Positions 36,026 through 45,602 are shown, counted from the first letter of the stretch. The stretch is DNA of 64,000 nucleotides from a bacterium (GCA_030427205.1 JAUHXC010000011.1:108016-172015); one strand, 5' to 3'. Notes: generated by a model not told the origin, from the sequence alone. A program made the numbers and translations.

Positions 36026-36595
36026 ATGGCCGAGGCGCGCATCCGCCGGATGCTGCCCGCCGACGCCCCGGCGGTCGCGGCCCTCGCCGACCGCCTCATC
36101 GGCCTCGACTACTACCCCACCGCCCAGGTCGAAGCCGACCTCGCCCGCTCCACCGTCGATGGCGTCGCGCTGTGCTACGTCGCCGAGGGCGCCGACGGGC
36201 TGGTGGCCTTCCGCCTGACGTTTCCGCCCGGCCGCTGGTCGTCGGGGCGCGGCTGCGGGCTGACCCCGGCGCGCTGGCCGGCGCCCATCGAGCAGGCGGG
36301 CTACTTCCAATCGTGCTTCGTCGATCCGGCGCTGAGCGGGCAGGGCATCGGCCGCCGGCTGGGCCAGCGGGCGCTCGACGATCTGCGGCGCTGCGGCGCC
36401 CGGCTCGCGGTGGCCCACTCGTGGAAGGAGTCGCCGCACAACTCGTCGATGCGCTATCTGCAGCGGCTGGGCTTCACGCCGGTGGCCGAGCACCCGCACT
36501 ACTGGGCCGAGGTCGACTACCTGTGCTCCGGCTGCCGTGTGCGGCCGTGCATCTGCACCGCGATCGAGATGATCCGGCCCGTCGAGCCCGCCTGA
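36026..36595 (+). CDS. GNAT family N-acetyltransferase
   Basis: Acetyl-CoA motif A QGIGRRLGQRAL. The gene starts 5 nt after bfr. Confidence 0.7.
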   Translation: MAEARIRRMLPADAPAVAALADRLIGLDYYPTAQVEADLARSTVDGVALCYVAEGADGLVAFRLTFPPGRWSSGRGCGLTPARWPAPIEQAGYFQSCFVDPALSGQGIGRRLGQRALDDLRRCGARLAVAHSWKESPHNSSMRYLQRLGFTPVAEHPHYWAEVDYLCSGCRVRPCICTAIEMIRPVEPA

Positions 36596-36608
36596 TCGCA
36601 GGCCCCGA

Positions 36609-37139
36609 TCAGTCTTCGTCGTGCGCCGCGCGGATCGCCTTGATCTCGGCCGTCAGCGCATCCCGCGCCCGCTCGGCGGCGTTGCCCTCGCGGTTCATCG
36701 CGTTGCGCAGCAGCCGGCGCAGGTGGTTGCGATCGAGCTGCCAGTAGCGGTCGAGAAACTCCGCCAGCGCCGCGTCCCCCTCGGCGATCAGGCGCTCGGC
36801 CCACGCCTGCGCCGCCTCGTCCGCCGGGGTCACGATCTCTTCCGGCGCCATCTGCGACAGGGCCTCGTAGGCCGCCCGCAGCTCGGGCCAGACGCTCTTC
36901 GGCGTGCGCCGGGCGAAGTGGCGGATGACGCGGCGGCGGGCGCTGTCGGCCTTCATCTCGGCCAGCTGGGCGATGGCCGCGCGCAGCTCGTGGTCCACCG
37001 GCAGCGCGTCCCAGGCCTCGGGCGGCAACGCGGCGACGGCGTCGAGCAGCGCCCGGCGCTCGTCGAGCAGGTCGCGCTCGGCCTGACGGCGGGCGGTGCG
37101 GCTGAGTTCGTCGGTCTCGGTGTCGGTATCGGCGCTCAT
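36609..37139 (-). CDS. YjgA/DUF615-like ribosome-associated protein
   Basis: The protein is 176 aa with an acidic N-terminus and a YjgA-like helical pattern (RRRVIRHFARR...LRRLLRNA). The start is the MSADTD Met inside ORF 36609..37346. Confidence 0.6.
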   Translation of the reverse strand: MSADTDTETDELSRTARRQAERDLLDERRALLDAVAALPPEAWDALPVDHELRAAIAQLAEMKADSARRRVIRHFARRTPKSVWPELRAAYEALSQMAPEEIVTPADEAAQAWAERLIAEGDAALAEFLDRYWQLDRNHLRRLLRNAMNREGNAAERARDALTAEIKAIRAAHDED

Positions 37140-37180
37140 GGGGGCGGTTGGACCATGAGCCGCGGTCGACTGCAAGGCTG

Positions 37181-37681
37181 TCAGCGCAGATCGACGCTCA
37201 GTCCGGCCGCGTGGCCGTCGGCCCACGGCGCCACGCGCAGGTCGAGCCCGGCGACCGCGACCAGCGGATCCCAGGTGCCCAGGATGGCCGCGGTGAGGCT
37301 GAAGACGCCCGCCGAGACGGTGATGACCCCCATCGTGCGCTGCCACGACGGCCCGTCGCGCAAGGCATAGGCCAGGCCGCCGCTGATCTGCACCGCGCCG
37401 CAGACATAACTGACGATCACCGGCCCCTCGGGCGCCGGCTCGGCGCCGGCCACATGCCCGATGGTCAGCAGGCTGGGGGCGAGGCAGGCGGCGTCGACCG
37501 CGCCCAGGCCGAACGCGCCGATCGCCAGAAGCGGCTGGGTCAGCGAGGCCTCTTCTTCGCTCTGCTGCCCCCAGGCGGGGCTCAAGACGAGCAGCGTCAT
37601 CAGCCCGATCGCGGCGCTCATCGGCGCAGCCTTCATCAGCGCAGCGCTCATCAGCCCAGCGTTCATCGGCCCAGCGCTCAT
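37181..37681 (-). CDS. small secreted hypothetical protein with repeat-encoded multi-ATG N-terminus
   Basis: A signal peptide (LMTLLVLSPAWGQQ) is preceded by five in-frame (x)xPMSA pentapeptide repeats, each carrying an ATG. The most upstream ATG at 37681 overlaps the upstream stop as ATGA. Alternative starts are 37666, 37651 and 37636. Confidence 0.45.
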   Translation of the reverse strand: MSAGPMNAGLMSAALMKAAPMSAAIGLMTLLVLSPAWGQQSEEEASLTQPLLAIGAFGLGAVDAACLAPSLLTIGHVAGAEPAPEGPVIVSYVCGAVQISGGLAYALRDGPSWQRTMGVITVSAGVFSLTAAILGTWDPLVAVAGLDLRVAPWADGHAAGLSVDLR

Positions 37682-37691
37682 CGGCTCAGCC
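37617..37691 (-). repeat. 5 x 15-nt in-frame tandem repeat (GCTCATCRGCNCAGC) creating five ATG codons
   Basis: Read directly from the sequence; coordinates are approximate to +/-2 nt. Confidence 0.75.
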
Positions 37692-38727
37692 CCACCCGCC
37701 GCCGCGCCTCGAGGCAGGCCTCGCCGCCCACCGCGAAGTCGCGGCACGATCGCGGGCGATCGCCGTAGACGGTGCACGGCCACTGCCCGCCGTCGGGCGC
37801 CAGCGCCGCGCAGAGACCGCCCGGACGGGGGATGTGCCAGCCGGCCCCGTCGCGCACCACCAAGGGCGAGCCGGCGGTGACCAGCGGCTCGCGCGGGCCG
37901 ACCTGGACCAGATCGAAGCCGTGGCGGCAGCAGGCGCCGCAGCCGAGGCAGTCCTGGGCGGCCAGCGGCGGCTCGAAGGCCACGCAGGCGGGCCACGCCG
38001 GGTCGATGCGCGGCGCGGTGCCGCCGTCGGGGCGATGCCGGCGACAGCGATCGACCGCCCGGCCCGGTCCGCCGCGGAAGCGCCACGCGCAGCCGGCGCA
38101 GGTCGCGTCGTCGGGCCCCAGGCCCCCACCGAGCGGATGCTGGCGCTCGGCCACCCGCCGCCAGAGCATGCCCCGCCGGGTGAACGGCTGCACCGCCCGG
38201 GCGATGACCGCCGTCGCCGCCAGCCCGTCGGCGATCGCCGCCGACCACGGCCCGCGGGTCGCCGCGGGCCACGCGGCGCGGGCCAGCGCGATCGCCGGGT
38301 CGTCACCCGCCGCCAGCGGATCGGCCGGCAGCGCGTCCCAATAGGGCCGCCAGTCGGTGGTCACCGCGAAGAACCCGCGCAGCCCCACCGTATCGGCCAG
38401 CGCCGCCTGCAAGCGGTGGCAGGCGTGCTCGGCGATGGCGTCGCGATCGTCGAAGTTGCACAGGCCCCAGTCGACGGCGCTCAGCCGCGCCGGCCCCTGC
38501 ACCAGCGCGTGGCAGATCTCGTGCAGGATCATCTGCGCCAGGCAGTCGTCGGCGTCGAAGCCGGCGGCGTCGGACAGCGTCAGCGTGCGGTCGCCATCCC
38601 ACGAGGCGTAGACCTCCGCCGAGCGCTCGACCCGCCAGCCGATGCGGCGGGCGACGCCCAGCCAGATCACGTCGAGCGGGTCGCGATAGCGGTGTTCGAT
38701 GGGGCGGCTCATGGGGCGGCGCAACAT
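37678..38727 (-). CDS. hypothetical protein with HExxH motif and C-terminal YkgJ-type CxxCxxCC zinc/iron-chelating domain
   Basis: HEICHAL is the HExxH motif. The CLGCGACCRHGFDL...CTVYGDRPRSCRDF pattern matches the YkgJ/UPF0153 family. Confidence 0.6.
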   Translation of the reverse strand: MLRRPMSRPIEHRYRDPLDVIWLGVARRIGWRVERSAEVYASWDGDRTLTLSDAAGFDADDCLAQMILHEICHALVQGPARLSAVDWGLCNFDDRDAIAEHACHRLQAALADTVGLRGFFAVTTDWRPYWDALPADPLAAGDDPAIALARAAWPAATRGPWSAAIADGLAATAVIARAVQPFTRRGMLWRRVAERQHPLGGGLGPDDATCAGCAWRFRGGPGRAVDRCRRHRPDGGTAPRIDPAWPACVAFEPPLAAQDCLGCGACCRHGFDLVQVGPREPLVTAGSPLVVRDGAGWHIPRPGGLCAALAPDGGQWPCTVYGDRPRSCRDFAVGGEACLEARRRVGLSR

Positions 38728-38776
38728 AGGCCGGCGCCGCCATCGCGGGCAAGCCGGGTTCGGGCGCTCGGGGCGA

Positions 38777-39787
38777 TCAGGACGGGCCGTAGTCCTCGAT
38801 CGCCTCGAGCTCGGCCTGGGTCAAGAACGCCGGGCCGTCGCTCTCGATGAAGCCCAGCGCGCCGGTCGGGATGCGGTCGGCCCGCTCGAAGCCCTCGCGC
38901 CCCAGCCCCTGCGCCCCGATCAACGTCTGCCGGGCCGCGGGCGAGAGCCGATGCAGGTCGCGCAGGCCGCGCAGGGCCCGGGCGAAGGCGTGCATGTCTT
39001 CGAAGGGCGCCGCGCCGCGGTCGGGGTCGGGGGTGATCGCCTGCATCAACAGCCCGTCGATGAACGACGCGAACGGCCCCAGGTGCCCTCGATTCGGCGG
39101 GAACGGGTTGGCGGTCAGCGGCGGCGGCTCCCCCGACAGCATGAAGTGCAGGATCGCGCCCACCGCGTAGACGTCGTCGGGGGCGGTCGGCGCGTGGCCC
39201 GCGCGCACCGCCGGCGAGGTGTATTGGGCGTCGACCCGCGGCGGGGTGATGGTGTGATTCCACAGCCCGCGGGGGATGCCCAGGTCGAACATGCGCAGCG
39301 TCTCGCGCCGGTTGGCGGGCAGGAGCACCTGCCACGGCCGGATCTCGCCCACCGCCCGCACCCGGTAGTGCAGCCGCCCCAGCGCGTCGGCCAGCATCAC
39401 CGCGATCTGCAGCGCCACCAGCGGCGCGAGCGGACCCTTGGTGCGCACCCGCTGCTCGACGCTCTCCGCCTCGGCCAGCGAGGGCAGCACCAGAAACACC
39501 CGCCGGTCGAGGTTCACCCCGACGTGGGTCGCCCCCAGCACCGGCAGCCCGACCAGCAGCCGGTTGCGGGCCACCTCGTCGGCGAAGCCGCGCACGAAGG
39601 TCTCGATCTCGTTGGGCAGCACGTCGGGGAAGACGATGGTGCACGGGGCGCCGCTCGGCTTGACCGTGCCGGCGTAGACGGTGCCCACCGGCCAGCGGGT
39701 CAGGCGCTTGCCGGCGGCGTAGCTGCGGCCGTAGTCGTCGAGCCCTCGGGTCGAGGGCCCGCCGCGGCGATCGGGGGTTCGGGCCAT
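38777..39787 (-). CDS. protein kinase-like (degenerate, probable pseudokinase) domain protein
   Basis: The kinase-fold spacing is retained, including activation-loop and helix-F-like segments (DDVYAVGAILHFMLSGEPP). The canonical Gly-loop, HRD and DFG motifs are lost. Confidence 0.55.
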   Translation of the reverse strand: MARTPDRRGGPSTRGLDDYGRSYAAGKRLTRWPVGTVYAGTVKPSGAPCTIVFPDVLPNEIETFVRGFADEVARNRLLVGLPVLGATHVGVNLDRRVFLVLPSLAEAESVEQRVRTKGPLAPLVALQIAVMLADALGRLHYRVRAVGEIRPWQVLLPANRRETLRMFDLGIPRGLWNHTITPPRVDAQYTSPAVRAGHAPTAPDDVYAVGAILHFMLSGEPPPLTANPFPPNRGHLGPFASFIDGLLMQAITPDPDRGAAPFEDMHAFARALRGLRDLHRLSPAARQTLIGAQGLGREGFERADRIPTGALGFIESDGPAFLTQAELEAIEDYGPS

Positions 39788-39953
39788 GGCGGCAGTCTAC
39801 CCCAGCGGATCGCGGCGAGAGAAACCCGGCGGACTGCTGACACCGATCACGGACCGCGGGCCCCAAATGACGTCCAAAAACGACCATCGGGCGCGCCCTC
39901 CTGACACGCGACGTCACCTGGACGCCACCCGACGTCCATGCTAATCAAGCGCG

Positions 39954-40754
39954 GTGAAGCTGACCCACGCCCTGCTCTTGACCCTCGACGCCGAGACCAC
40001 CGGCCCCAAGCCGCTCGAAGACCGCATCGTCGAGCTCGGCGGGGCCTATCTGCAGGCGGGGGAGCAGATCGGCCCGATCCTGCGCACGATGGTCGACCCG
40101 GAGAAGTACATCCCCGCCGGCGCGACGGCGGTGCACGGCATCCGCACCGAAGACGTCGACGGCGCGCCCAAGTGGGCCGAGGTCGCCCCGCGCCTCGAGC
40201 AGCACTTCGCCGCCGGTCCGGTGGTGGTCGGCTACAACATCTTCGGCTTCGACAAGCCGCTCATCGACGCCGAGAACGCGCGGGTCGGCGTCGACTGGCA
40301 GGTGCCCGAGCCGCTCGATCCGTTCTTGTGGGCCTATTGGCACGACCGCGGCGAGTCGAGCCGCAAGCTGGGGCCCACCTGCGAGCGCTACGGGGTCGAG
40401 CTGCCCGAGAACCGGGCCCACACCGCCGACGCCGACGCCTACGCCACCGGGCTGTTGCTCACCAAGATGGTGCAGGAGGGGGTCATCCCCGACGACGTCG
40501 AGCAGGCGTTTCGCGAGCAGCGTTTGATCCAGGCCCACCTGAAGGCCGAGATGGCACGCTTCGGGCGCTTCCTCTATGTCGACCGCCACGACGGGGCGTA
40601 CAAGCTCGGCCTCGGCAAGCACATCGGCACGCCGCTCGACGAGGCCGACGAGGGCTACCTGCGCTGGATGCTCGGTCGCCCCGACCTGCCGCCCGAGGCG
40701 CGCACCCTGCTCTTGCAGCGCCTGGGGCAGGTCGAGCAGGTCACGCTCTTCTGA
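39954..40754 (+). CDS. DEDDh 3'-5' exonuclease (DnaQ-like) with C-terminal DUF3820-like domain
   Basis: LDAETTG, the VGYNIFGFDKPLID and HTADADAYATG motifs. GTG start. Confidence 0.8.
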   Translation: MKLTHALLLTLDAETTGPKPLEDRIVELGGAYLQAGEQIGPILRTMVDPEKYIPAGATAVHGIRTEDVDGAPKWAEVAPRLEQHFAAGPVVVGYNIFGFDKPLIDAENARVGVDWQVPEPLDPFLWAYWHDRGESSRKLGPTCERYGVELPENRAHTADADAYATGLLLTKMVQEGVIPDDVEQAFREQRLIQAHLKAEMARFGRFLYVDRHDGAYKLGLGKHIGTPLDEADEGYLRWMLGRPDLPPEARTLLLQRLGQVEQVTLF

Positions 40755-40827
40755 ATCTGTCTCGGCGCCGATCGGCGTCGACGGGCCGCCGGCCCCGCGG
40801 CATGATCCGACCGACGGAGGAGGAGCG

Positions 40828-42870
40828 ATGCGCCGTGCCATCCAGAGATCTCTCGCGCCACTGCTGATCGTCGCCCTGGCCGGCTGCACGCCGACCGGTG
40901 GCGGCGGGGACGAGGCGGACGCCCGCCCGGCCGACGACGCCGAGGCGGACGGCGCGCCGACCGACGCAGGCCCCGGTTCGGACGGGCAGGCTGCGGATGG
41001 ACAGCCCGCGGACGGACAGCCCGCGGATGGGCAGCCCGCGGACGGACAGCCCGCCGACGGCGAGCCGGCGCCCGACGCCTGCGTCGACTGCGGAGCCGCC
41101 CCGCGGGTGCTCACCTTCGACGCCAACGTGCGCGCGCTCACCGAAGGCGGCGAGATCCGGCTCTCGGCGGTGGTCACCGACCCCGACGGCGGCGCCGATC
41201 TGCTCGGCGGCGTGCTCGAAGACCCGTCCGGCGCGCCCTTCGGCCCGTTCGAGGCCGCCGGAGACGTCGGCACCTACGGCTTCACGCTCACCTGGGCCGC
41301 CCTGCACGCGATCGACCCGATCACGTTCGACGGCGAGGCCACCCGCGAGATCGTCGCCGCGTTCTTCGACCAGGCCGGCAACCGCACCGAGGCCCGGCTC
41401 GAGCTGACCCTGCACTGTCGTGACAATGGAGGCGCGGCCTGCGACGGGGTCTGCGTCTCGCTCGACTCGCAGGCGCACTGCGGGGCCTGCGACGCCGCCT
41501 GCGAGACCGAGTGCGTCGACCGGGCCTGCGCATGCCCCGGCGAAGACCAGATCCGCTGCGACGACGGGCGCTGCGTCGACACCCAGAACGACCCGGAGAA
41601 CTGCGGCGGCTGCGATCGTGCGTGCCCGGGCATCGCCGACGGCGAGGGGGCCTGCGTGCGCGGCCGCTGCCAGATCCAGTGCGCGCCGGACCATCAGCTG
41701 TGCGACCCCGACGACCTCGTCTGCGCCCCCTGCCCCGTCGACGGGGTGATCCGAACGGGCTGCGACGGCCGCCGCTGCGTCGCCGACACCTGCGCCGACG
41801 GCTTCCGGGTCTGCGATGGCCTCTGCGCCGCCTGCCCGCCCCAGGCCGAGCGCACGCTGTGCCTCGGCGATCGCTGCGTCGCCGCCGAGTGCGCCCGGGG
41901 GACCCACCCGTGCAGCGAAGGCTGCTGCCCCTGGCGGCCGCTGCTCGTCGGGCAGAGCCCCAACGACTTCGCGATGGTCGCGGCGGAGGGCGCCATGCAC
42001 TTCGCCATCGGCGAACCGGAGCGGGTCTTCGCCCGGCGGTGGGTCGAAGGGCGATGGAACGACGTCGTGGTCGCCGAGTTCGAGCGGGCCGGCCGCTCGT
42101 CGACGCGCGTCGCGCTCGCCGCCTCCAATGGCGTCGTGCACCTGGCCTACGCGGTCAACAGCGCGCCCGTCGACGGGCAGTTCCTGCTCGGCCACCACCG
42201 CTACGCCGACGGCCGCTGGGCCGAAGCGCATACGCTCGCCGACGAAGGCCTGGTCTTCGATCCGCTGTTGGCGGCGCGGGACGACGCGGTGTGGCTGATC
42301 TGGGACCAGCAGGGCCAGCAGCTCGTCGACCCGCGGGATGTCCCGTGGCGGCCCGAGTTGGTCCTCGACGGCGATGAAGCCGATGTCGCGCTCGGCGCCG
42401 ACGGGACCCTGCACGTCGTCGGCGAACGGCAGATCGGCAGCGGCCTGCTCTACGCGCAGCGCGGGCCCGACGGCGTGCTCTCGGACATCGACCCGGACAA
42501 TGGCCGCCTCGGCGAGGCCCAGCCCGACGTCGCGCTCGACGGCGACGGCCTGCCGGCCATCCTGCATCGCGAGGACTTCAACGGCGACCTCTACCTCACC
42601 CGCTTCGACGGCCGCGCGTGGGATACCCGCCAGATCCTGCGGGGCTACCAGACCGAAGAGGGGCTGGACATGATCCGCGGGGTCGACGGCGGGCTGATCA
42701 TCTGCGCGGGCACGCAGCTCGGGCTCTTCGTCTTCTTCGAAGACGGTCAGGATTGGCGGCCCGACGAGGTGGCCGACGGCTTCCACGCCAAGTGTCAGCT
42801 CGCGCTGGCCCCCGACGGCGGGCTGCACGTCATCAGCATCGGCGGCGGCGGCATCACCTGGTATCGCTGA
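40828..42870 (+). CDS. hypothetical lipoprotein with Cys-rich module and C-terminal beta-propeller-like region
   Basis: ATG follows a GGAGGAGGAG Shine-Dalgarno, and the lipobox is LAGC. There is a 6 x DGQPA tandem repeat. A ~30-Cys module (CDGVCV...CGACDAAC...CGGCDRAC) follows. The C-terminal half has repetitive DG..H/DG.L motifs. Confidence 0.65.
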   Translation: MRRAIQRSLAPLLIVALAGCTPTGGGGDEADARPADDAEADGAPTDAGPGSDGQAADGQPADGQPADGQPADGQPADGEPAPDACVDCGAAPRVLTFDANVRALTEGGEIRLSAVVTDPDGGADLLGGVLEDPSGAPFGPFEAAGDVGTYGFTLTWAALHAIDPITFDGEATREIVAAFFDQAGNRTEARLELTLHCRDNGGAACDGVCVSLDSQAHCGACDAACETECVDRACACPGEDQIRCDDGRCVDTQNDPENCGGCDRACPGIADGEGACVRGRCQIQCAPDHQLCDPDDLVCAPCPVDGVIRTGCDGRRCVADTCADGFRVCDGLCAACPPQAERTLCLGDRCVAAECARGTHPCSEGCCPWRPLLVGQSPNDFAMVAAEGAMHFAIGEPERVFARRWVEGRWNDVVVAEFERAGRSSTRVALAASNGVVHLAYAVNSAPVDGQFLLGHHRYADGRWAEAHTLADEGLVFDPLLAARDDAVWLIWDQQGQQLVDPRDVPWRPELVLDGDEADVALGADGTLHVVGERQIGSGLLYAQRGPDGVLSDIDPDNGRLGEAQPDVALDGDGLPAILHREDFNGDLYLTRFDGRAWDTRQILRGYQTEEGLDMIRGVDGGLIICAGTQLGLFVFFEDGQDWRPDEVADGFHAKCQLALAPDGGLHVISIGGGGITWYR

Positions 42871-42879
42871 GGCGGCGCG

Positions 42880-44514
42880 TCAGCGGCGGGTGACCGTCGC
42901 CGCCGCGTCCACCGCGACCTCGCCCTCGACGATGCCCACCGTCTGCGGGTCGTCGTCCCCCAGGAGATGGCGCCGGGCGAAGGCCAGCGCATAGACCTCC
43001 GAGATGCGGAAGCCGCGCTCTTTCTCCAGCGTGCCGCACAGCCCCAGACCGAACGTCTGGTGGCAGGCGCCGGCCACCTCGACCCACACCAGATCGAGCC
43101 CCTCGGCCCGGTCGAAGATCGCCTGCACATCGGGCTTCTCCGCGCCGGGCACCGACTGCATCTGCAGCGGCAGCTGCACCGCCCGCCAGCCGTCGGGGCC
43201 GAACCAGCCCTCGCGATAGCCGCCGTCCATGGCGATGCCCGCCACCACCCGCCCGTCGGCCAGGCCGCCTTCGAACGCCGCCCGCTCGCCGTCGCTCAAC
43301 TCGGGGTTCTCGGCGGCGATGACCGCGAGATCGAACGCCGCGCCCAGACCGGCCCACACCGTATACGTGCCGCGGCTGTGCCCCGAGAGGATCACCCGCT
43401 CGGTATCGGCCGCCGCGAGCGCATCGTCCGCCGGCAGCGCCGCCAGCGCGTCGAGGGTCGCGCTGATGTCCGCCGGCCGCTCGACGAAGTGCGCCACCAG
43501 CTCGCCGCGCGGGTTGTCGGTGAGCGTATTGCCCGCGTGGTCCGGCGCCACCGCCACCCAGCCGTGGGAGGCGAAGTGAGCCATCAGGTAGGCGCTGTTG
43601 CCGGCGAAGCCGCGGTCGCCGTGGCTGTGCACCAGCACCGGGTAAGACTCGCCGGCCGGCGGCCGGGCCGGCGCGTCGATCACGCTGTCGGGGTCGTCGA
43701 AGGCGTTCTCGAACCGCGGACGCGGCCCGTCGACCCGGCGCGCGGGGTACCACGCGTTGACGACGATCGTGCGCACCTCGCCGGTGCCGGGCACGACATA
43801 ATCCACCGGCCAGGTGCGATGCCCGACCGCGAAGGGCCCCGCGCCGTCCACCGGGAACTCGAGGGTCGAGGTGTAGACCGGCGCGGCGTCGGGCTGCATG
43901 TCCGCCTCGGCCACCCCCAGGTCGGGATCGACCGCGGCGTCGGGCTGCATGTCGGGCTCGGGCAGCGCGGCGTCGGGGCACTGCTCGTAGTCGTAGACGC
44001 TCACGCCGTCCGGGCACACCCACTCGCTGGGGTAGGTCTTGTTGTGCGCCACCACCCCCTCGGCGATCAGGGTGTGCAGCGGATGGGCGACGGTGATGTC
44101 GAAGACATCGGCCAGCCCGTCGAAGACCGCCGCCTCGTCGACCGAGCGCACAGCGAGCCCCTCGGGCTCGACGACGGCCAGCGTGGTGCGCGCGCCGAGC
44201 AGCCACTGCCCGGCGGGGGCGAAGACCGCGCGCTCGGGGCAGTAGAGCGGGTGGTCCGACGTGAGCCGCAGCCGTCGCCCGCCGACGCTCAACGCGCCGA
44301 CCTCCCGCCGGGCGCGGGCGATGGCGACCACCGCGGTGCGAAAGCGCTCGCCGGTCTGCGGGTCGACGGCCCAGACAGCATCGCCGACGGCCAGCTGCTC
44401 GATCGGCCGCGGGCCGTCGGGCGTCTCGACGCGGGTGCCGGCGGCGAAGCACGAATCGGTCGGGCAGCCGCTCAGGCCGATGCCGAGTGCGAGGGTGGTC
44501 AGTCGCCGCTTCAT
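42880..44514 (-). CDS. lipoprotein fusing a Hint (bacterial intein-like) domain to an alpha/beta hydrolase
   Basis: The lipobox is LSGC at C17. The Hint domain spans aa 22-158 (nt about 44041..44451). It has Cys1 CFAAGTRV, block B LTSDHPL and block G EGVVAHN. The +1 residue after HN is Lys. A downstream GHSRG nucleophile elbow and HGD region fit a dienelactone/PAF-AH-like hydrolase. Confidence 0.7.
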   Translation of the reverse strand: MKRRLTTLALGIGLSGCPTDSCFAAGTRVETPDGPRPIEQLAVGDAVWAVDPQTGERFRTAVVAIARARREVGALSVGGRRLRLTSDHPLYCPERAVFAPAGQWLLGARTTLAVVEPEGLAVRSVDEAAVFDGLADVFDITVAHPLHTLIAEGVVAHNKTYPSEWVCPDGVSVYDYEQCPDAALPEPDMQPDAAVDPDLGVAEADMQPDAAPVYTSTLEFPVDGAGPFAVGHRTWPVDYVVPGTGEVRTIVVNAWYPARRVDGPRPRFENAFDDPDSVIDAPARPPAGESYPVLVHSHGDRGFAGNSAYLMAHFASHGWVAVAPDHAGNTLTDNPRGELVAHFVERPADISATLDALAALPADDALAAADTERVILSGHSRGTYTVWAGLGAAFDLAVIAAENPELSDGERAAFEGGLADGRVVAGIAMDGGYREGWFGPDGWRAVQLPLQMQSVPGAEKPDVQAIFDRAEGLDLVWVEVAGACHQTFGLGLCGTLEKERGFRISEVYALAFARRHLLGDDDPQTVGIVEGEVAVDAAATVTRR

Positions 44515-44595
44515 GAGGACTCCCGGTGATGAGGCGCCCAGCGTCGGTCGTCGCCGGCCTCGATTTCAAGGCCGCCGCGCCTCAGCCGCAGCCCA

Positions 44596-45354
44596 TCAGC
44601 GGCAGCGCACGCCGTCCGGCGTCGGCAGCGTACGCGGCGCGCCGTCCAGCCCGCCGCGCTCGCGGGCCAGCGTCGCCCGCTCGTCGCTGCCCGGATGGGT
44701 CGACAGCATCGCCGGCACGCCGGGGCTCGACGCCGCCAGCCGATCGAAGAACGTCGCCATGCCCGCCGGGTCGATATTGGCCTTCACCAGCAGCGCGTGC
44801 CCCAGCGCGTCGGCCTCCGACTCCTGATCGCGGCTGTAGGCGTTGCCCGCCAGGCTCACCGCGATGCCGGTCATCGAGCCCAGGTCGACCGCGCCGAGCA
44901 CCGCGCCGATGGCCGCGAAGAGCCCCAGCTGGCCGGCGATGCGCCGCAGCCCGTGGCGCTCGGTGACGTGGTGGATCTCGTGGGCCAGCACCGCGGCGAC
45001 CTCCTCGCCGCTCTCGGCTTTCTCCAAGAGCCCGCTGTGCACCGCGATGAAGCCGCCCGGCAGCGCGAACGCGTTGACCTCGGGGGCGTCGATCACCGCG
45101 AAGGTGAACGTATGCTCGCCCTCGTAGGCCTCGACCAGCGGCGCGGCGACGGCCTGCACGTACGCCAGCGCCGCGGGGTCGGTGCAGCGCTTCTCGGCGG
45201 GCACCATCTGGTTCCAGGTGGCCTCGCCGATGGTCTGGTCGACGCTGATCGGCATCAGCCCGACGACCATGCTCGCCACCCCGCCGACCAGCGCGATGCC
45301 GCCCCAGACGAGCAGCACCAGCACCAGCAGCACGCCGCCGATCTCGAGGGCCAT
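44596..45354 (-). CDS. M48 family zinc metallopeptidase (HtpX/Ste24-like)
   Basis: The N-terminal TM helix, HEIHH, and downstream E (ESEADALG) are M48 features. The ATG is codon 73 of ORF 44596..45570. Confidence 0.8.
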   Translation of the reverse strand: MALEIGGVLLVLVLLVWGGIALVGGVASMVVGLMPISVDQTIGEATWNQMVPAEKRCTDPAALAYVQAVAAPLVEAYEGEHTFTFAVIDAPEVNAFALPGGFIAVHSGLLEKAESGEEVAAVLAHEIHHVTERHGLRRIAGQLGLFAAIGAVLGAVDLGSMTGIAVSLAGNAYSRDQESEADALGHALLVKANIDPAGMATFFDRLAASSPGVPAMLSTHPGSDERATLARERGGLDGAPRTLPTPDGVRCR

Positions 45355-45602
45355 GCGCTTTCTGGAGTGACCGAAGCCCTGCGGCGGCGGCCCGATGGGC
45401 GCGCCGGCTCTCGGGGCGTGGGGCGGCAGGCTGGCCGACGGATCGGCGCTCTTGAAGCTGCGGGACTCGTTCTTGGGGTCGCGGGGGCTCACGGGCGGCT
45501 CCGAAAAAACTGCGATCCAGGCTGGTGCAGATGATCGGCGGTTGCCAACGGCCGCGCAATCGGCTGTCATCGGCCCGCCGAAATCAATCCGTGGGGACGC
45601 GC

